From positions 5,024,001 to 5,088,000 of the forward strand of contig NC_087250.1 of the NCBI RefSeq assembly GCF_037042905.1: DNA of 64,000 bases. The letters are read 5' to 3'. The notes under the pieces are model-generated. The model saw only the letters and a list, made by a program, of their open reading frames with translations, ran no database searches and was not told the DNA's origin. This document shows, piece after piece, positions 1 to 12,670 of the stretch (positions are counted from its first letter, which is position 1; every line of letters begins with the position of its first letter). This DNA is from Lytechinus pictus (taxonomy: Eukaryota). The position numbers and the translations under genes were made by a program.

Positions 1-1099
1 CATTGGGCTGAAACTGAGGAAGTTGTTCGATCCTCAAGATTTGCAAATTCCCGGATTCCCTCTTTCGATCGTCTTAAGTTGGTGACATAACAATGACTGA
101 GGATGTCACATTATGTGCTATTTTGGTTTCTTTATCTTATTTTAAAGAAGTCACGAAAATTTAGCAAAATGTTAACCAATATATTCTTGTTCAGGATCAT
201 GATGATTATGATGCCGGGTAACATGACCAAAACTATAATGTATCATTACAAATATTAAACAAACAAAAGCCAAATGACAAGTATAATTTTGTTTATAATG
301 GTTTAATTTTATTGAAAAGATTCGCTGATTTAGTATATATAAATCAACCTAATACAAAATATTCATCTATATATAGATTGCACTTTGCAAACATGGTAGA
401 TCTTCTATCTCGAGACAAGAATAATTGCAGAAGCATTACCAAACAGTCACGATAACAAGAGGTGTCCTCTTAGCCAATCAGATATAGGTATTTCAGTAGT
501 TTATAACAAATAATCAGTGAAAATCACGTTTCATGAAATGCTCTCAGGAGCTTTTAATAAAACATTTTTTTTCTTTAAAGACACTGTCGGATGATTTAGC
601 CATCGAGATTTAAAAATAAATGGAAAGAGGAACAACGCGCTCTTTTGAGACCACCGGAAGCACTTAAAAGTACTCCAAAGGGTCAAGTGCACACAAAGAT
701 TTACACCACACACGTGTCACGATCCAGAAGCCGTGAGCCAACTCGGTCCCGGGTCCGCGGATAATTCGGTTTATAACTCATGTCACGGATATGCGTTAAG
801 ATATCCTTGTTTAAAATTGTACCATTGTTCACCGGAAGGCGATGAATGCTACGACGCCCATTAGCAATGTTTATATCACGTAACACTATCGTGCTCTATA
901 TAACAACTGAGTTCGAGTCTTGGAAAAAAAGAGACAATATTTGCCATAGTTCTGTGTTTTCGTTTGAATATCGAAAAGTAATCAATATGCCTTCAAAGTT
1001 TTTATCTTTGTGTTTGGGCGGTTCTTGCAGATATTGGAACATAATTTGAATGTTTAATTAACAGTTTCGGTTCAGCTTGCCGGTCGACTTTGAAATGAC

Positions 1100-1294
1100 T
1101 TAATATTCTCTCACAAAAGCATCCCACATTGCATTAGTCTCATTGACAGCCGTTTTGTTGGTGCTGTAATCCAGATTATCCGCATGGTACACAGACACGC
1201 CATAGAGCTGCTTTTCAGCTGCCAATTGGTACCGTAGAGCGAGACTAGTCGGGTCATCGTACCATAACTGGTGGGTCTCGCCAGAACCCATATC
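1100..1294 (-). CDS. CTBS: CTBS-like exon 7 (DMGSGETHQLWYDDP...MWDAFVREY*)
   Basis: ttttcag|GAT; HQxWYDxP and LDYS motifs; TAA stop at 1100. Confidence 0.92.
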   Translation of the reverse strand, partial: DMGSGETHQLWYDDPTSLALRYQLAAEKQLYGVSVYHADNLDYSTNKTAVNETNAMWDAFVREY

Positions 1295-4200
1295 CTGAAA
1301 AAAGAGAAAGAGATGAAAAGGTGATAAACAGCTCATTTTACAGTCATACTGCGGCAAAACACACTCCCTACAGGCAAAATCTATTAGGCCTATAGGTTTT
1401 TTAATATTCTTATATATTTTGTTTCAATCACGTGCACATGTTGATGTGAATGATGCTTAAAGCATCCTCGCTTATGAATAAATGATAAAAGAGCGATGTG
1501 CCTTCCACAAAACGCCGTGTATTCATTATAGAGAGAATTTTCACTCAGCGAAAATAAAACATAGAAAATATTTTGTCGAATGCCCGTCATGACAATAAAC
1601 AACAAATAAGTCTTCGTATAAAATTGGTGAATATAAAGCAGCAGTTAAATCCTTGGTTCTGAACAAACGACATGATTATTTGTCATTTTTCGTCAGCTGT
1701 AGCTGATAATTAGGACAAAACTGCCCCCCCCCCCCGAATTTTGGCAAACTTATATTTTTTCACTGAAAATTTTCACAAAATTCACCAAAAGAGTGCACAC
1801 AGTCCTTTAACTTAACCTTACATAAACCTAAAGCAAAAAAAAAACAAAAAAAACAAAGACAAAAACAAGCTACATGCTTACTCGTTCCCTCGCTTTTTCG
1901 CACCCCCCCCCCCCCGAAGAAGAACAAAAATGCGCAACGCCATGCTTCTATATTTACCTTATAATCAAAATACGGCGACTCGTATTCCTTGCTCCACTTC
2001 CGACCGGTAGTAGAATTATTTGCCAGGAGTTTCATAATATTACGGTATTGCAGCTCTCTCCAACCGCCCAACTTGTAGTAACAAATATCGTCCTGAGATG
2101 AACAGTAAAAAACAAACGATGTCACCTTTTACTGCCTTCAAAAATATCTAATTTCATCTGATTTGGTTTAATTCCATTTCCAACAATTATGTAGTTTCAT
2201 TTGGTTTCGTGCATCTTGATACGTGCATATGAATAAAGAATAAACATATTGCATGTTTTTTACGTCTAACATTTAATCACGATTGTAATGCAGATATATC
2301 ATGAACTAGGCTGGGATTGGAGGGGCTGCCTAGAAAGGGATAGCTTGTAGAGTGTAGACTCCTATATTCCAAAGACATTCAAAGTAAACTAAAACACATC
2401 ATTATTCCGCATACATCCGTAATTCCGAAGCTTCGTTATTCCGAAGGTTCGGATATTCCGAAGGTTCGTTATTCCGAAGGTTCGTATTTCCGAAGGTTCG
2501 TAATTCCGAAGATTCGTTAGTCCGAAAACGAAATGAGGTTCGTAATTCCGAAGGTTCGTTAGTCCGAAAACGAAATGATTAACAAACCTGATTTCGTTTT
2601 CGGATTAATGAACCTTCGGAACAACGAACCTTATTTCGTTTTCGGATTAATGAACCTTCGGAACAACGAACCTTATTTCGTTTTCGGATTATCGAACCTT
2701 CGGAACATCGAACCTTATTTCGTTTTCGGATTATCGAACCTTCGGAATAACGCCACAAATGTTCGGATTAACGAACCCTTTTATGTTTTCGGATTAACGA
2801 ACATCGAGGTATAGGCAATTTACGTGTTTCGGAATTACGAACCATCGGAATTACGAAGTGTAACCCAGTATTCTACCAATGACATCACGTGATGAGGATT
2901 CAGATTTCCCGGTTACTATGATCATGATTAAATTGATTATGATAACATAAATTGGGGGAGCTTGCGTAGAATGTAGACTCCAACTACGCCTTATTATAAG
3001 CAGTAAAGATCAAATAATAAAACTCTTTTATCACTTCAAATAGCAACAGCGAGCATAAAACCAGTAAAAGTGTATAGTGTACAAAAATAATGAACAGAAA
3101 CCACGAAATTTGTGATGTGAAAGACCTTCATGAAACACATCGGAGATATTGAAATTAAATGCCAATTAAGATGATAAAGCTGGCCAAATAAATCATGTAC
3201 TAAAAGGAAAATACGATACATGGGACCAGGGGGCCGTTTACTACCGTTTATTACCGTTCGTAAGTTGAGAGCGACTTTAAAAACGATTGGTGAACCTTTC
3301 TTACGCGCTATAATCACCAACGAACATTAATGATCAATATCATTTCCCACAAGAAAGGATCACCAGTCGTTCTTAAAGTCACTCTTAACTTACGAACAGC
3401 TTAATGAAACACCCACCGGGTGATGATATGGAAGCGGGAAGAGGTATTCTGTAGGCACAGACCCTGATTGAAACATAAAAAAGTGGAGTTTCACACAAGG
3501 CTAACAATAAATAGAGCTGACTGAATGGGAGGGACCTTCTGCTGCAAGGAAAGATAGGCTGCATATTCACACAAGTCCTCGAGTAATCACACAGCAAACT
3601 TGGGGAGGGGCGGGGGGGGGGGAACCTATTTTCAACCCACCTCATTTAAAACTGCACAAGTAAAGTCGTATCCGTACCAGGGCACGGCAACAACGAGCTT
3701 ACTAGGGGAAACACCGGCTTTCAGGAAGTCATCAATACCTGCAAAATATATGTTTTTGAAAGTATAAACAAAATCATCACTAAAATGTGGAATGCTTTAG
3801 AAGTAAGCTTTTTTTTAATTTCGTCTCGAAGTTTGATTTTGTATATAGGAGTTGTGAGCTTTTATACTTAATGCTTCAAACATACCCAATTCATGAATGA
3901 ATGAAAACTGAAGATTAAAGGGATGATCCAGGCTGAAGATAATAATACTTTAATAAATAGAGTAAAATTCACAGAGCAAAATGCTTAAAACTTGATCAAT
4001 ATTGGATAAAAAATAAGGTTACAAAATTTTAAAAGAATTGCATTATTCCGGTGAAACAGTTCAGGCATATCTTCATGAATATATATTAGGTGGGCTGATG
4101 ATATCATATCCCCACTTGTTCTTCTGTATTTTATTATATGAAATTAGGATTATTCACCATTTTTCTACAAAGAACTAAAACAATTGGATTGACAACTGAT

Positions 4201-5253
4201 TACGTGCTTTAGTTATTTATTGCTGCAACTTGTTTCATCATAATGAAGACACATCATTTACACATGACATGACAAAATGAAACAATAATGATTTCATGTA
4301 ATAACATAAGAAACAGGAAAGATGGGATGTGACATCATCAGCCCATCTAATGAATATTCATGACGACTTGCATATAAATGTTTTCAAATATATTACTAAA
4401 CTTTCAAATCCAATTACCTCGTTATTTGTTATCTGATTTTGATGAGATTTTCAGCATTTTGCTTTGTGAAGTTTACTCCATTTATTTAGATAAAAATATT
4501 GTCAGCCCGGAGCACCCCTTTAATTGCATTTGTTTAAAAGTACAGTATTAACATTCTTTCTCCGCAAGAAGTTTGGTTTTCGAACGGAATTTTGATGCTT
4601 CAAACATAGTCCTATTAAAAACTGGAAACTGTTTGTTTTCTCTCTTGATTTTAATTACCTTGAGCAGTATACCTTTCAAGTTAATATTTTTTGCGTATAC
4701 TCCCTCTCTCGGCAGAGCTTGACCAATATTGAGAATACAAGAAAAAACACACACACCTTCACACACCCCCTCACACACACCCACACACACACACACACAA
4801 TATTCATTTATTACACTGCATTATTTCTTGTCACCTTGTCTTGTTCTATTCAGCGGTGCATTGGCCATGCCTTTCAGTCCAATGAGGTCCAGCTCATCAT
4901 ACGCCATGATTACGATGTAGTCAACGATCTTGCTGATGGCGAGGTAGTCGTAGCACCGTCCAAACAAGGTGCAGTTCGAGGAGTAGGACGAATCTAGCGT
5001 AACCTAAAGTGAGGAAATCGGAGTATCAAAAAGTGATTAATGATGACGATGAGGAGGAGGAGGAAGAGGTGGAGGATGATGATGAGGATTATGATGATGA
5101 TGATGAATAATGATAATGAAGATGATGTTGATGATCGATAGTGATAATGATGGTGATGATTGTGGTGATGTTGATGATGAGATGATGATGAGATGATGAT
5201 GAGATTATGATGAGAAAATGATGAAGATGATGACGATAATGATGATGCTGTTC

Positions 5254-5294
<41 letters not shown>

Positions 5295-8200
5295 AATGAT
5301 GATGATGTTGATGATCGATAGTGATAATGACGATGATAATGATGGTGATGATGATTCTGATGATGATAATGGTGATGATTATGGCGGTGATGATGATTAT
5401 TATAATGACGACGGTGATGATGATGATAGGCCTAATGATGATAATGGTGACGGTGATGGTGATGATGATAATGATAATGGTGATGATGATGCTGATGATG
5501 ATGATGATGATCCTGATATTGATTATTATGATGATGTTAATGATGCTAATATTATTTGTGATGATGTACTGGCGGTGGTAGTGTAAGCAGCATGAAAAGT
5601 ATGTGGCAAAACAAAATACAATACAGTATAATTGCACACCATTCTTTTGGATTTTTTTTTGCAAGACTACAACCCAGGCTTCTATGACGTCACATTCACG
5701 TCGACAAGACCCCCTCCCCAACAAAATATCCTGACTTTGCCCCTTCAGCGATTAGAAAATAAAAAGGCTGAAATGTACTTGTTCAATACTTCGGATTGGT
5801 TGGTATAATATCGAAAATACCCTCGTATCGCCCCTGTCATTTATTTGATTCGAAACTAGCCAAACAGATGAGGGTTGATGGTAAGAATGACTTACTACTG
5901 AGTATGGCAGGGCTTTCTTGAAGGCATCTTTTGTCTGTTTGATCATTGCGGTCAGAGTTGGTGCCTGTGACGTCAGCAAAGGGAATTCAAAGTCGATATT
6001 GTACCCATCGATGAAATTATTCACTGCGTAGTTCACGGTATCCTCGACCCACCGATTGCGGGCGCTCTCGTTGAAAAGGGTTTGCACGGAAAAGTATCCT
6101 AAACGTGGGATTGATGTCAACGAAAAAAACCCGAAATAAGATGTAAGTCATGAAAAAAAAGTATTGCAAATTACATTCATAGCTGAGCATGTGCGGAGTT
6201 ACCACAAAGAGATAATCATTGGCTAAAGATATGGTATATAGGCTGTATTTACCAGCGCATCCATAAGTGTGTAGCCCCAACATAATTTTACCCTCTTTCA
6301 GCGATCCATACTGCCTGAGAATGGGCGTGGTCATTCTTATCATATCCTACCTTGTATTTACCGCATTCAGTGATTCGAACACAGTTAGAATGGGCGTGGT
6401 CATTCTTCCCTCACCCAAATAGTACTTACACCATATACAGTGTTAGAACAACGTTAAAATTGACGGTGGTCATTCATGCCTCACCCAACTTCGTATTACC
6501 CGATACAGTGATCTGAACGCCCTCAAAATGGGCGTGGTCATCACTTATACCCAACATAGTATTTACCCCATACAGTGTAAGAACATCCTTAAAATGGGCG
6601 TGGTAATTCTTACCACACCCAAATAGTATTTACCCCATACAGTGTTAGAACAACGTTAAAATTGACGGTGGTCATTCTTGCCTCACCCAACTTCGTATTT
6701 ACCCCATACAGTGAACCAAACACATTTGGAATGGGCGTGGTCATTCTTACCACACCCAACTTCGTATTTACCCCATACAGTGATCTGAACACCCTCAAAT
6801 GGGCGTGGTCATAACTAATACCCAACACAGTATTTACCCCATACAGTGTTAGAACACCGTTAAAATAGGTGGAGTCCTTCTTCCCTCACCCAACGTTGTA
6901 TTTACCCCAAACAGTGTGAGAACATCCTTGAAATGGGCGTGGTTATTCTTACCACACCAAACATAGTATTTACCCCCATACAGTGTAAGAACATCCTTAA
7001 CATGGGCGTGGTCATTCTTACCACACCCAACTGGTATTTACCCCATACAGCGTTAGAACACCGTTAAAATAGGTGGAGTCATTCTTCCCTCACCCAATAT
7101 TGTATTTCCCCCATGCAGTAAACCAACACATTTGGAATGGGCGTGGTCAGTCTTACCACACCCAATATTGTATTTACCCCATACGGTGACCCGAACACCT
7201 TTGGAATGGGCGTGGCATAACAACTCAGGGTCGAAGCCTTCTTGGACAGCTACTGTTGTGATATTGTCCCAGAAGTAGTCTTTCCAGTTCGGGCCATCGA
7301 CAGAAAATACGTGAATCTAAAAAGACAAAGGGTCCACTCTTTATAAATTGGTGATTGGTCACAATTAAATTTACATTAATTTTGTAACATTGCGTTTGCA
7401 ACAGCATAGCTTCTCTGAATAATAATACTGACCAGATGATGCGAGTAGCGCTTAATCATTTTGTGATAACAGGCCTCAGCAAAACTTGAAATATCACACC
7501 TTTCTAATTATTTTTAAACATGGCTTGCGCAGACATAGTGACCAAGAAATACATATAGGCTTAAAAGAATGTCATCGTCGACTATCCTACTGATCTCCAA
7601 CCTACCAGTTTCCAACGTTGTGCCATTGTCAGTTGTTCAACAACTTTCCATCTAACTAGTTTCCAGCTTTATCAACGTTGTGTCATCGTCGACTATCCTA
7701 CTGATCTCCAACCTACCAGTTTCCAACGTTGTGCCATTGTCAGTTGTTCAACAACTTTCCATCTAACTAGTTTCCAGCTTTATCAACGTTGTGTCATCGT
7801 CGACTATCCTACTGATCTCCAACCTACCAGTTTCCAACGTTGTGCCCGTGTCAGTTGTTCAACAACTTTCCATCTAACTAGTTTCCAGCTTTATCAACGT
7901 TGTGTCATGGTCTACTATCTAACTAATCTCCAATCTACCATTATGGTGATGATGATAATGATGATGGTGATTAAGCGCTACTCGCATCATCTGGTCAGTA
8001 TTATTATAGCGATTCAATTTATTTGTTTGTATATACATAACTGTCGATTAAAATTGAGATATGGTGAGATGACAAGATCTTGGATCTCGACATACCATGA
8101 TCTCGTATCTCGTCATGTCTACATCTTTTAAAATAGATGATCAGATGACACAATCATGGATCCGAGATCTTCTCAGTCTTCTCAGTGTGACATCTTGCCA

Positions 8201-9090
8201 TTTGTCACACAAATCATTAAGACATTGTTCAGCATAACCAGGTGTGATCCTCCCTCTCTCTCTCCCTCTTCCTTCCTTTTTCTTGCTTTTCTCTTTTTCT
8301 TCTACATCTCACATTCCATTTATCAGCTCTATCTGTCTCTCTTTACAAACACACCCACTTAAACCCATATTCTTGTATTATTTTTTACAATCTAATATCA
8401 GGTTTAAATTGACATATTTCTTACAAACGAGAAAATCTAAAATGATCATTGTAACACATCTGGTATATTTACATGTACTTTGCATATTTTCCTATTTGAT
8501 CAGTGAGCATCGATTTAAATTTATTTATTATATACTTTGTTACATATATGTCTATATTGAGATTTGTCCGTAGTACTATAAGTTATTTTTACCTTGTTAT
8601 TGATGATTTTGTTTGAAATGTAAACTTTTGTAATTCGGCTTTTGCCGCAAAGAAAGTATTTTTAATAAACCATTTTGAATTGAATTGAATTGAATTCTCT
8701 CCCACATGATGTAAACAGGACGAGATCCGAGATCTTGGCGACACACTCTAAAACGATGTACACATGACAAGATCCGAAATCTCGTCATCGGGTCATTTTT
8801 AAAGGATGTAGCTATAGGCCTAGACATAAACAAGATGATCATCTGAAGATCTGGGTGGTACATTTAGGCTTCAATTTTACTATATTCTCTTTCATATGTT
8901 GACAAATCGTCCTGCGTAGCTAAGACTTTACCTCTTTCTTCGGAGTAGTTTTGATTGGATCACACAATGTCGCATCAGAACAGTGGCATGGGGGACGTCT
9001 CCTGAAATAATCAACCCCGTCAACAGACGCCGACAAACTCAATATCAAGACCATACACGAAAACAACACATGTGGGACCAATAACGCCAT
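1100..9090 (-). CDS. CTBS: Di-N-acetylchitobiase-like GH18 glycosidase, 7 exons: complement(join(1100..1294,1958..2092,3641..3738,4835..5003,5896..6098,7178..7316,8932..9090)), 365 aa
   Basis: All six introns are GT-AG with matching phases; CDS totals 1098 nt. Signal peptide MALLVPHVLFSCMVLILSLSASVDG, N-terminal CxCxxxxLC, GH18 catalytic motif DGYNIDFE, IMAYD, VPWYGYDFTC and WYDDP. Motifs and order match vertebrate CTBS as recalled. Confidence 0.93.
1958..2092 (-). CDS. CTBS: CTBS-like exon 6 (DDICYYKLGG...ESPYFDYK)
   Basis: ctcag|GAC ... AAG|gtaaat; 45 codons. Confidence 0.88.
2408..2865. mobile_element. Foldback-type MITE built of about 16-bp internal repeats (aaggttcgttattccg); 8-bp TSD cattattc/cagtattc
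   Basis: Inverted halves; second copy at 61437-61926. Confidence 0.88.
3641..3738 (-). CDS. CTBS: CTBS-like exon 5 (IDDFLKAGVSPSKLVVAVPWYGYDFTCAVLNE)
   Basis: ttttgcag|GT ... GAG|gtgggt; GH18 KLVxxVPWYG motif. Confidence 0.92.
3919..4519. mobile_element. TTAA-flanked TIR MITE (Kolobok-like)
   Basis: ttaa|agggatgatccaggctga ... tcagcccggagcacccct|ttaa. Confidence 0.8.
4835..5003 (-). CDS. CTBS: CTBS-like exon 4 (VTLDSSYSSNCTLFGRCYDYLAISKIVDYIVIMAYDE...ANAPLNRTRQG)
   Basis: tttag|GTT ... CAAG|gtgaca; RCYxY, MAYD and ANAP motifs. Confidence 0.92.
5040..5570. repeat. Degenerate (GAT)n microsatellite in CTBS intron 3
   Basis: Seen directly; it produces the poly-M/D/H/I ORFs in the track. Confidence 0.97.
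5896..6098 (-). CDS. CTBS: CTBS-like exon 3 with catalytic DGYNIDFE
   Basis: tttag|GA ... GTA|gtaagt; lies within ORF 5752..6120. Confidence 0.93.
6265..7215. repeat. About 69-bp minisatellite (about 13-14 copies) matching the CTBS exon 2 / intron 2 junction, with an about 204-bp trimeric higher-order period
   Basis: ttggaatgggcgtgg at 7132 and 7201 (period 69); recurring gtatttaccccatacag; 'gttagaaca.cgttaaaat' variant near 6441, 6643, 6847 and 7051. Confidence 0.92.
7178..7316 (-). CDS. CTBS: CTBS-like exon 2 (IHVFSVDGPNWKDYFWDNITTVAVQEGFDPELLCHAHSKGVRVTVWG)
   Basis: Acceptor tttttag|ATT, donor TGGG|gtaaat. Matches the CTBS 'YDWSQITTV...CYAHSKGARV' segment. Confidence 0.9.
7571..7930. repeat. 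111-bp tandem repeat, 3 near-identical copies plus a partial one (CTBS intron 1)
   Basis: gtcatcgtcgactatcc at 7571, 7682 and 7793; partial copy at 7904. Confidence 0.95.
8932..9090 (-). CDS. CTBS: CTBS-like exon 1 (MALLVPH...CHCSDATLCDPIKTTPKKE)
   Basis: ATG at 9090, hydrophobic leader, donor GAG|gtaaag, 53 codons. Confidence 0.9.
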
Positions 9091-9316
9091 TTTCAGTCAG
9101 TTTAGAATCCAGTTTGATCTGTAACTGTTGTGGTCGCTGGATGCACAATAACCCCGAATTCGTATATTGATACAATAAGTTTGAATGCTATTCATTTGGG
9201 AGGTCTGCAGAGTACAGTTCAATGATCACGACTCATCGGGTGTATATTGAACAATTATAATGAATATCACGTGTGGGGTTGTTTGTTATGATATAATTAT
9301 GACAAATAGGCCTATA

Positions 9317-9896
9317 CAGAGCGTCCCAGAAAAAAGGAAACCGGGATTCCCACATTTTTTCTTCAAAGGCAAATTAATTATGATATTTCATTTACACCAT
9401 CAACAAAAAATATTCCTCTACATTTTGATATCTAATACATGTAATCTGTGACGAACACTTCATGTATTAATGAGCAAGACCTGCCAAATATAGTACGAAA
9501 ATACACCAGTCGATGGACTGCAGTACTTTATGAGAAGAAGAAGGTTGCGCAGACAAATAGGACAAGATTGGTTCTTGATACAACACCTGTGCTTATTCGA
9601 CGATTGGCTCATCAGCATTTCTTTTGATTTGTTGGTTAAGTTTCTCTCACTGAAATCTGAAATGAGAGTTGATTCAGATTAACATGTGGGCTTCTGCACA
9701 ACTCGTTTCTGATAGGCCTCAATATTTGTTTGTAATCTGACATGCATGAATGATTTGCTGCATGAGCTGTTGGTCTCAAATTAAAGATGAGATTTTTACC
9801 ATAGGCATATACGTAGCAAATTCATAGTAAAAACACATTTTATAATTGTGAAATCTATCTCTGAAAACTGGGTTCCTTTTTGTGGGACACACTTTG
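9317..9896. mobile_element. Tc1/mariner-like non-autonomous element, TA-flanked, about 230 bp upstream of the CTBS ATG
   Basis: ta|cagagcgtcccagaaaaaaggaaacc ... ggttcctttttgtgggacacactttg|ta. Confidence 0.7.
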
Positions 9897-10110
9897 TATC
9901 TCTCTATGGTGGGAATATATGGTTTTACAGCAGAGGGAGTTGTGGTTTCAGGAGATACGGAAGTTCCGTAATAGTTTCACAAAGACAAATAACAAATGTG
10001 CAATAATGCGATCTATGCAAATAAAGCCCACCGCACACCTTATACGATGGGTCTGCGACCCGATTCGAGCATAAAATGTATATAGAATTGAAGGGCCGCG
10101 GAAGCCGCCG

Positions 10111-10355
10111 CACTGCAAAAACTCCGGTATTGATTTAACACCAGTTCGGAATCTATATTTATGTCCACACCAGAGAAGTATTGAAACAACACCAGTTTGG
10201 AATCAAACCGATGCTGTTTTAATACTAATTGGTGTTGTGTAAACAACTTTCTGGTGTTAGACCAAAACGAAACTGGTGTTGTTTAACACTTCTCTGATGT
10301 GGACATAATATAGATTCCGGGCTGGTGTTAAATCAACACCGCAGTTTTTGCAATG
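10111..10355. mobile_element. CACT-ended palindromic MITE, 2-bp TSD CG, nested in a hAT-like MITE (about 10090-10660)
   Basis: cactgcaaaaactccgg ... gcagtttttgcaatg; same family as 19665, 28871 and 57492. Confidence 0.85.
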
Positions 10356-10733
10356 CGGGGGCTGGAGGGGCTGCAGCCCCACTTTTTTTTCCAAAACCGT
10401 GTACAAAAACGTAAAAAATGACCGTATTGTTATTATTATTATTTTTTTTTTTTCAAATAATTTGAATTGCGTGTATATATTTTAATTTTCATTGATCTGT
10501 TTTATACCCAAACATTGGAGATTTGTTTGTATATTATGTATAATGTTATGCATTGACTTGACATAAAAAAAAATGACCGTATGATTGTGATGTTTGCATG
10601 GTCAGCCCCCACACTTTTTGCTCAGCCCCCCCCCCCCCTTGAAAACCGTTTCGCGGCACCAGGATTTTGACGCTAATATTAAGACATGGAATATCTCACT
10701 GTGTAATGTTCTAAATCATCTTACGGATATCTA

Positions 10734-10973
10734 CACTGTTAAGAATAATTTAACACAACGCTGTCCGATATGTGAACAGCACAATAGTTGTTCAAACAGT
10801 TTAAACAAATGTATGAAATCTTAAACAACCATGCTTACATTATTGATAATTAAATATTGGAATAAACTTTGATATTTTAACCACTTGTTTTAAACACTTG
10901 TTTAAAATGTTGAAAAAAAATCACTTTGCGATTCACATAGGTAACAGCGTTGTTTAAATCATTTTTAACAATG
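10734..10973. mobile_element. CACT-ended MITE (TA TSD)
   Basis: ta|cactgttaagaat ... atttttaacaatg|ta. Confidence 0.7.
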
Positions 10974-12300
10974 TACGTTTAAATTTTTGAATATGCTATC
11001 ATCCGTATTAGAATAAAAGCGAATTTAATATGTAGTCGTACAATGACGTCATACTACTACGATTGGCAACGATTTGGAACTCGTTTGCCCTTCACTAAAA
11101 ATAAAGGCTTGTAATAATCCAAAATTGTTTTATGAGTATTCTTGTAATCAATTTGAACCTCAACTAAAAAGATACTTTTCATTCATATTTTCAAGAAGTT
11201 GATCAAAGTGAGATTTGTTCCAAAATTGGATCGTAGACCAGTCATAAAATCTGATGTGCGGTGGCTATTAGTCTGCAGGCAAAGACCTTTGATGTTCGCA
11301 GTTCGCATCGTGCATAATACAGAGTCTGAAGTAGTGAGACTAGATCATCCGCAACTTCATTTTCAACCAGTCATAAGCGGGCGATTGGGATTTTTAAATT
11401 TGATTTTTTTTTTAGTTGCGTTCAACCCCATGCACCTCTTTCTCCAACGGCTGGGTCTGTGTCTGCTATAGGAGATAATAAAGCAATTAAACATTATGAA
11501 GATGACTTTGAAGTTTGAGTGGGCTCAATGGCACAAGTGATAAAGAAAGAACAGAAGGGGAAGATGATGGGGCAAATTTTCTTCTTATTTTTAAAGATTT
11601 TTTTTCTTGAAAGTTTTGATCGAGCGAAAAATTAAACGTTTTTCAAAATTAACTCTTATTTTCTGATTAATTTTTACATTGTATCGAGAATACAATTCCA
11701 TATTCTAACCGATTCCGCTTTTTTGTTCCCTTTTTCTTTATCTTTACCCATTTCTTCCTGTTGAACTTCTTGGATTTAGATCAGATAGCTTGCCTAATTC
11801 ATTTATTCATCTATTAATTAATTGATTAATTTACTTATTTATTAATTTATTGATTAATTGATGTACATTTCTTTCTATTTGCGAAATCATTTCCCTTTTA
11901 TTTATATTTTCATTTCATTTTTAATTGACATTGTTATTTCCATTTTATTGTTATTCTTATTTATTTTATTTATTTATTTATTTCTTATTTTATTTATTTA
12001 TTATTATTGTTTTTTTTTTTTTGGGGGGGGGGGGGGCGGTGTCTCCCTATTCCCCCTATCTGATCATGAGTTGTTATCAAGGTTCACATGGTTTGTGTTA
12101 TCTATAATTTTGATGAATAAGCTTTAATTAGTTTATTCAATCAACACTGCCATGTTCTTCAATGTCGAGAGCAAACATTATAGTCCCTGATTTTTATTTA
12201 TTTAGTATAGTTGTGTTTTCTCAGCAATTATTTGATCATGTTAAAGTTCCTGACAACGTTTGCAATTCTAGTTCTTATCATGTTAACGTTCTAAGTACAA

Positions 12301-12670
12301 TGATATCTTAAATTTACTATTTAATCATGTATATACATGATTCAATATTTTTTTTCAAGATTCAAGAAGTTTATTTCATTTCCATGACAAATGTAAATCA
12401 AACACAGATAAAAATCACACAAGATCAATTTTACCTCAATTTTACCTTATAATAAAAGCTTGTATAAATGATACATATGATACATATTAAATGATATCTT
12501 AAATTTACTATTTAATCATGTATGATTCAAGATTTTTTTTTCAAGATTCAAGAAGTTTATTTCCATGACAAATGTAAATCAAATACAGATACAAATCACA
12601 CAAGATCAATTTTACCTCAGCATAATTATATAATAAAAGCTTGTATAAATGATACATATGATACATATTA
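12301..12670. repeat. About 191-bp tandem duplication
   Basis: tgatatcttaaatttactatttaatcatgta at 12301 and 12492. Confidence 0.9.

Noticed and set aside
2408..2865. CRISPR-like appearance of short repeats here and at 61437-61926
   Set aside because: No unique spacers, repeats invert around a centre, TSDs are present, the context is eukaryotic and there are no cas genes. It is a MITE.
5089..5724. Poly-His/Ile/Met/Asp ORFs
   Set aside because: Translations of a (GAT)n microsatellite inside CTBS intron 3.
6610..6828. Repetitive ORF in the 69-bp minisatellite as a coding repeat
   Set aside because: Mostly out of frame with exon 2, with units of 66-70 bp, frameshifts and no acceptor.
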